Shown piece after piece: positions 60,330 to 64,000 of a stretch of DNA of 64,000 nucleotides; the first letter of the stretch is position 1, and each line of letters opens with the position of its first letter. Origin of the DNA: Zoogloea sp. (GTDB taxonomy: Bacteria; Pseudomonadota; Gammaproteobacteria; Burkholderiales; Rhodocyclaceae). The notes beneath the pieces were generated by a model. The model was not told where the DNA came from, did no database searches, and was given only the letters and a program-made list of their open reading frames with translations. The stretch spans positions 15,426-79,425 of the forward strand of contig JADKKC010000007.1 of the NCBI GenBank assembly GCA_016720685.1, written 5' to 3'. The position numbers and the translations under genes are program-made.

Positions 60330-61560
60330 TTACTTTTGCCCAACCCACGGGAGGCGCTGCTTTTGCGCTTCGTCGTGCCAGCGTTCTTCTTCTTCGTGGA
60401 TATAACGTTGAGTCGTGCGAGCATCGGTATGCCGCGCATCCTTCTGCACAAAGCGCTCGTCAATACCGCTGTCGAGCTTGGCAGTGATGCCAGTGTGACG
60501 CCCCCAGTGGGCTGACGCCGCGCGCAGCTTTTCCTTCTTGTGTTCCGCGTCCGGCGGCAACAAATCAGCGGCCGCGCTAAAAATTTTCTTGAGAATCTGG
60601 TTCAGCCGGCGGGCCGTGATCGGGCTGCCATCCTTTACCGAAACAAGAATGGGCGTCGTGTCGTCACGCCGGGGCACAGCGCTAAGGCCAAGGTATTTAC
60701 GGTAGCGGATCAGCGCCTGCAGCATGTCATCGGCGACCGGCACCTTTGCCTTCTTGCCACCTTTGCCCACCACGTGCCACCACCACAGCCCCCGCTCTTC
60801 GCGAAAGCTGTTCATGCGGTGAGTCTCCAGCTCGCCGGCGCGGGGCGCCAGCATGTAGAGCGTTGCAGCAAGGAAGCGCGCCCGCTCGTATTCGTCGCGC
60901 CCCCGTTCGGCATCACGCGGCATGGCCTCAATGGCGGAGGTCACGGCATCCCACATCTGCTGGTCGAGAAAACGCTCGATCTTGTCGACTTCATCAGTGC
61001 TGACCACGGCGCGCAATGCCCCGGACGCCTCGGCAGACATCTTGCGGCGACGCTGACGGATCAGCCCGAGGGGATTGCCGAGCAGGTAGCCCGCATCCAC
61101 GAGATAGCGCATCAACGAATTGATCGCCGCCATGGCGGTCAATACGGCGCTCTCCACTCAGCGGCCCCACAAAGGGGCGCCACCTTTCGGTCGCCCTCTC
61201 GGCCTTGGGGCCGCACCACAGTGCAGCCGGCTGGGGGTCGGCAAGAAAGTTGAGATAACCCTCGAAATCCTGGCGGTTGAGACTGGAAAAGGGTTTGCCG
61301 CAGTCGATCAAAGACCACAGCAGAAGGCGCTCGCACTCCCGCTGGTAAATGCGCAAGGTACCGGGTGAGCGGTCGTACTCGACGAGAAAACAACGGATCG
61401 CATCGACGTCGCAGACGGCGGCAATCTGCAGCCGGGCAGGATCAGCCCGATTGTCACCGGCGCGCCCATCGAGTTCCGGTGGAATCGTCAACTCGTCAAG
61501 GGGCCGCAGGGGAACAGGCATTGCAACACGGGTTTGCGGAATGGCAGGCGACGTTTTCAT
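60330..61560 (-). pseudogene. tyrosine site-specific recombinase / integrase, 1-nt-class frameshift
   Basis: The N-terminal SAM-like domain (MKTSPAIPQ...DAIRCFLVEYDRSPGTLRIYQRECERLLLWS...WRPFVGPLS) is in ORF 60994..61689, starting from the ATG at 61560. The catalytic domain (…AHWGRHTGITAKL…ARHTDARTTQRYIH, with HxxR and Tyr) is in ORF 60330..61157. The frames switch at about 61150..61162. Confidence 0.8.
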
Positions 61561-61642
61561 GGCGCTGAGTTTACCCCGGCAGCCGCGAACGACAGCTGAC
61601 GGCCGCAGCTTGTCCGACGAAGATCTTGCATCCGGGTGAATA

Positions 61643-61658
61643 CTGTATATAATAACAG
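61643..61658. promoter_or_regulatory. perfect LexA (SOS) box CTGTATATAATAACAG overlapping two divergent -10 elements
   Basis: Exact CTGT-N8-ACAG. The rightward promoter is TTGCAT (61626..61631)-N16-TATAAT (61648..61653). The leftward promoter is TTGCGT (61673..61668)-N16-TATATA (61651..61646). Confidence 0.8.
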
Positions 61659-61755
61659 CTATCGAGAACGCAATGACAGCATCGGCCACCGGCCAACATC
61701 ATGAGGCGTTCAGTCTTCTGCCCTGCCGGGCACCAACACCTTTGCGAAGGAGTCG

Positions 61756-61962
61756 ATGATGGAAACCCTGATCTGCCGGATGCTGATGTTGAGTGGAGTG
61801 CTTGTGGGCGTGTTGCTGGCCAGCGACCAGGGTGAGCAATCCCTGGTGCCGGCGCTACTGGCGCTGGTCGGCGCCGCCGTACTGCGCCAGGTAGCGCCCT
61901 CGCTCCCGTGGCGCCTCAGTCATGGCAATGGCCGCTACGGCTCCCGCTATCCGCGCTATTGA
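61756..61962 (+). CDS. hypothetical small membrane protein (67-68 aa) downstream of an SOS-box promoter
   Basis: An AAGGAG RBS (61747..61752) precedes ATGATG. There are two hydrophobic segments (LMLSGVLVGVLLA and LVPALLALVGAAVL) and a basic tail. No homology recognised. Confidence 0.4.
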   Translation: MMETLICRMLMLSGVLVGVLLASDQGEQSLVPALLALVGAAVLRQVAPSLPWRLSHGNGRYGSRYPRY

Positions 61963-62652
61963 TTACCGCCGGGCAGCACGCGCCTTGCGCTCGGCCTGGA
62001 TCATTCCGGCAATGTCGGTGTTGCGGTATTTAACGGCCCAGCTTTCGGCGGTTTCTTTCTGATCGTTTGCCAGATCAAGGTTTGCACCGGCCTTGAGCAG
62101 GCGTGCCACCACCTCGCCATGTCCGTTGCGCGCGGCGAACATCAGCGGAGTGCTCCTGTTGGGAGCCAGCGTATCGATGTTTGCGCCCTTGTCGAGCAAG
62201 AGGCCGACAATCGCCGCGCGCCCTTCGAAGGCAGCGTAGAGCAGCGGGTTCCAGCCCTCATGGTCAAAGGCGGCACCAGCTTTCAGCAGTTGATCGACGA
62301 CTCCGGCATGGCCCCGCAAGCTGGCCAGCATCAGGGCGCTGTCGCCCGCAGCGTTTCGGGCATCCAGCTTGATGCCGCGCTGCTTCACCAGCTCGGCCAC
62401 CACCGCGGGCTGATCTTCCCGGGCAGCCAGAATCAGCAGCGTGTTGCCGCTCTGGTCGGTGGAGTTCGGATCCATGCCGCGAGCGACCAGCTGAGCCACT
62501 TCAGCGGAATCGCCAAGCTTGGCTGCATTAAGCAGATCATCCAGCGAGACGGCTGCAGCAGGCAGAGCCAGATGCAGGCTGACAAGCGCCACGGCGAGGG
62601 CACGCACAGAAACAGCAGGAAAGACGGAGCGAATGCGAGCGACAGGTTTCAT
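61963..62652 (-). CDS. secreted ankyrin-repeat protein
   Basis: Signal peptide followed by 4-5 ANK repeats (GNTLLILAA..., GDSALMLASLRGHAGVVDQLLKAGA, NPLLYAAFEGRAAIVGLLLDKGA, STPLMFAARNGHGEVVARLLKAGA). Confidence 0.85.
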   Translation of the reverse strand: MKPVARIRSVFPAVSVRALAVALVSLHLALPAAAVSLDDLLNAAKLGDSAEVAQLVARGMDPNSTDQSGNTLLILAAREDQPAVVAELVKQRGIKLDARNAAGDSALMLASLRGHAGVVDQLLKAGAAFDHEGWNPLLYAAFEGRAAIVGLLLDKGANIDTLAPNRSTPLMFAARNGHGEVVARLLKAGANLDLANDQKETAESWAVKYRNTDIAGMIQAERKARAARR

Positions 62653-63422
62653 GACGGTTTTGCGTCCTTGAAAAGCTGGAAGAAATTGCGGGTGGTGATC
62701 TCGGCGATCGCCTCGAGGCTTTCGCCGCGGGCATTGGCCACCGCTTCGGCTACATGGCGAACATAGGCCGGCTGGTTGGTTTTTCCTCGAAAAGGCACGG
62801 GGGTCAGATAAGGCGCGTCCGTTTCCACAAGCAAGCGATCGGCAGGTACAAAACGGGCTACCTCTCGCAGGGATTCAGCTGTTTTGAAGCTGACGATACC
62901 CGAGAAAGAGATGTAGAAGCCCAGGTCAAGGGCCTGCTCGGCGACCTCTCGGGTCTCGGTGAAACAGTGCATCACGCCGCCCGGCTCTCCCGCCCCCTCC
63001 TCGCGCATCAGGCGCAGGGTGTCAGCGGCGGAGTCGCGGGTATGGATGATCAGCGGCTTGCGGCAACGACGGGCAGCACGAATGTGGGTGCGAAAGCGCG
63101 CCCGCTGCCACTCCGGAGCATCCTTGTGCCAGTAGTAGTCGAGCCCGGTTTCGCCAATGGCCACAACCTTGGGGTGAGCCGCCAGTTCAAGCAGACGGGC
63201 TTCGTCGGGCTCTTCGCAGTCGGCGTTGTCCGGATGAACGCCCACTGAAGCAAACAGGTTCGCATGGCGCTCGGCAAGACCGATGATGCCGGGCAATGTT
63301 TCGAGCTTCACACTCACGCACAGCGCGTGGGTGACGCCTTTGTCGGCCATGAGGGCCAGCACGGCGGCTTCGTTTTCGATCAGCTCTGGAAAATCCAGAT
63401 GGCAGTGGGAGTCGACAAGCAT
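62649..63422 (-). CDS. tatD: TatD family metal-dependent hydrolase/DNase
   Basis: ATG at 63422 gives MLVDSHCHLDFPE.... Other motifs are IGETGLDYYW and the HTRD/HCF motifs. The stop overlaps the ankyrin gene start. Confidence 0.9.
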   Translation of the reverse strand: MLVDSHCHLDFPELIENEAAVLALMADKGVTHALCVSVKLETLPGIIGLAERHANLFASVGVHPDNADCEEPDEARLLELAAHPKVVAIGETGLDYYWHKDAPEWQRARFRTHIRAARRCRKPLIIHTRDSAADTLRLMREEGAGEPGGVMHCFTETREVAEQALDLGFYISFSGIVSFKTAESLREVARFVPADRLLVETDAPYLTPVPFRGKTNQPAYVRHVAEAVANARGESLEAIAEITTRNFFQLFKDAKPS

Positions 63423-63482
63423 TGCGGGCTTACGAGGCAAGGAAAGACTTTTGACGTTCGGGCGCAAGCCGCAGATCAAGGG

Positions 63483-63851
63483 TCAAAGGGTGTGGGTGGG
63501 ACGGGATGAGCCAAGATGGCCGGCCAGAATCTGCTCGATACGATTGCGCAATACCTGGCCAGCGTCGTCCCCGGCAAACTGGACACCGATGCCCTGGGTT
63601 TTGTTCCCCTGGGCACCGGGCGGCGTAATCCACGCGATGGTGCCGGCCACCGGATGCTTGGTCGGGTCGTCCATGATCTGCAACAACATGAAAATCTCGT
63701 CACCCAGCTTGTAATCGCGGCTGGTCGGCAGAAAGATTCCGCCATTCTTGAGAAAGGGCATGTAGGCCGCGTAGAGCGCCGACTTGGAGCTGATGTTGAG
63801 CGACAGGACACTTGGCCGTGCCTGTACGGGGCGCTTAATGGAATCGTTCAT
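63483..63851 (-). CDS. pilZ: PilZ domain protein (type IV pilus assembly PilZ-like)
   Basis: 122 aa (LSLNISSKSALYAAYMPFLKNGGIFLPT...GIGVQF) in the conserved holB-pilZ-tatD order. Confidence 0.85.
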   Translation of the reverse strand: MNDSIKRPVQARPSVLSLNISSKSALYAAYMPFLKNGGIFLPTSRDYKLGDEIFMLLQIMDDPTKHPVAGTIAWITPPGAQGNKTQGIGVQFAGDDAGQVLRNRIEQILAGHLGSSRPTHTL

Positions 63852-64000
63852 TTACGCATCGCCGGGGCAGTGGCCTGGAGACATCGGGCATACCGCAAAA
63901 GCATGTCCTCGAGAAAAAGCCGCGCGTTGAGCGGATGCTGCGAAACCCGGCGCGACTGGGTCATTTCATTGTAGCAGCCGAGTGCAGCATCGACAGACAG
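63848..64000 (-). CDS. holB: DNA polymerase III delta' subunit, C-terminal fragment (5' end outside window)
   Basis: An open frame runs from the window edge and ends ...HPLNARLFLEDMLLRYARCLQATAPAMRK. Its TGA overlaps the pilZ ATG. The assignment rests mainly on synteny. Confidence 0.55.
   Translation of the reverse strand: MSVDAALGCYNEMTQSRRVSQHPLNARLFLEDMLLRYARCLQATAPAMRK

Larger units (their letters stand above)
59146..61560 (-). mobile_element. possible remnant of an integrative element (integrase + KfrA-like gene), boundaries undefined
   Basis: Two genes typical of plasmids/genomic islands lie side by side, with AT-rich spacers. No flanking repeats or att site could be identified. Confidence 0.35.

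Noticed and set aside
60330-61700. Integron hypothesis (LexA-controlled integrase).
   Set aside because: The recombinase lacks the sequence features I associate with IntI proteins. No attI/attC-like cassette array follows it; the neighbour is a KfrA-like gene.

Overview
High-GC proteobacterial chromosomal segment. GC was judged by eye, not computed. Gene content and synteny (lexA-imuA-imuB, holB-pilZ-tatD-ankyrin, hupB-tRNAVal-tRNAAsp-ppiD, cusRS/cusFCBA) suggest a betaproteobacterium, possibly Rhodocyclales-like; this is inference only. I can support about 55 protein-coding genes, 2 tRNAs, several rho-independent terminators and a handful of regulatory sites. Most of the window is housekeeping: mutS end, dnaQ, rnhA, gloB, mltD, slyD, bcp, lexA, fpr, ettA, ppiD, hupB, rpsT, thiolase, yajQ, ppnP, argG/argF, tatD, pilZ, holB end. 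Six things stand out. (1) A five-gene minus-strand operon (24945..30255) combines an MtoA/MtoB-type decahaem-porin pair and a monohaem cytochrome with a Cbc-like b-type cytochrome plus heptahaem c module. A perfect FNR-type box precedes it. (2) The SOS mutagenesis cassette is split: lexA-imuA-imuB-MATE at 11.4-15.7 kb, and dnaE2 at 33.9 kb behind its own perfect LexA box. (3) A third perfect LexA box (61643..61658) overlaps two back-to-back promoters, one facing a frameshifted integrase and one facing a small membrane ORF. (4) An AT-rich intergenic region (17.6-17.96 kb) carries a dense, same-orientation cluster of DnaA boxes. (5) A secreted S8 protease has a GlyGly-CTERM-like tail. (6) At least seven genes are interrupted by 1-nt indels, and argG also has an internal deletion. 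This pattern could be assembly error or real decay. The many long ORFs antisense or out of frame to real genes are high-GC artefacts.
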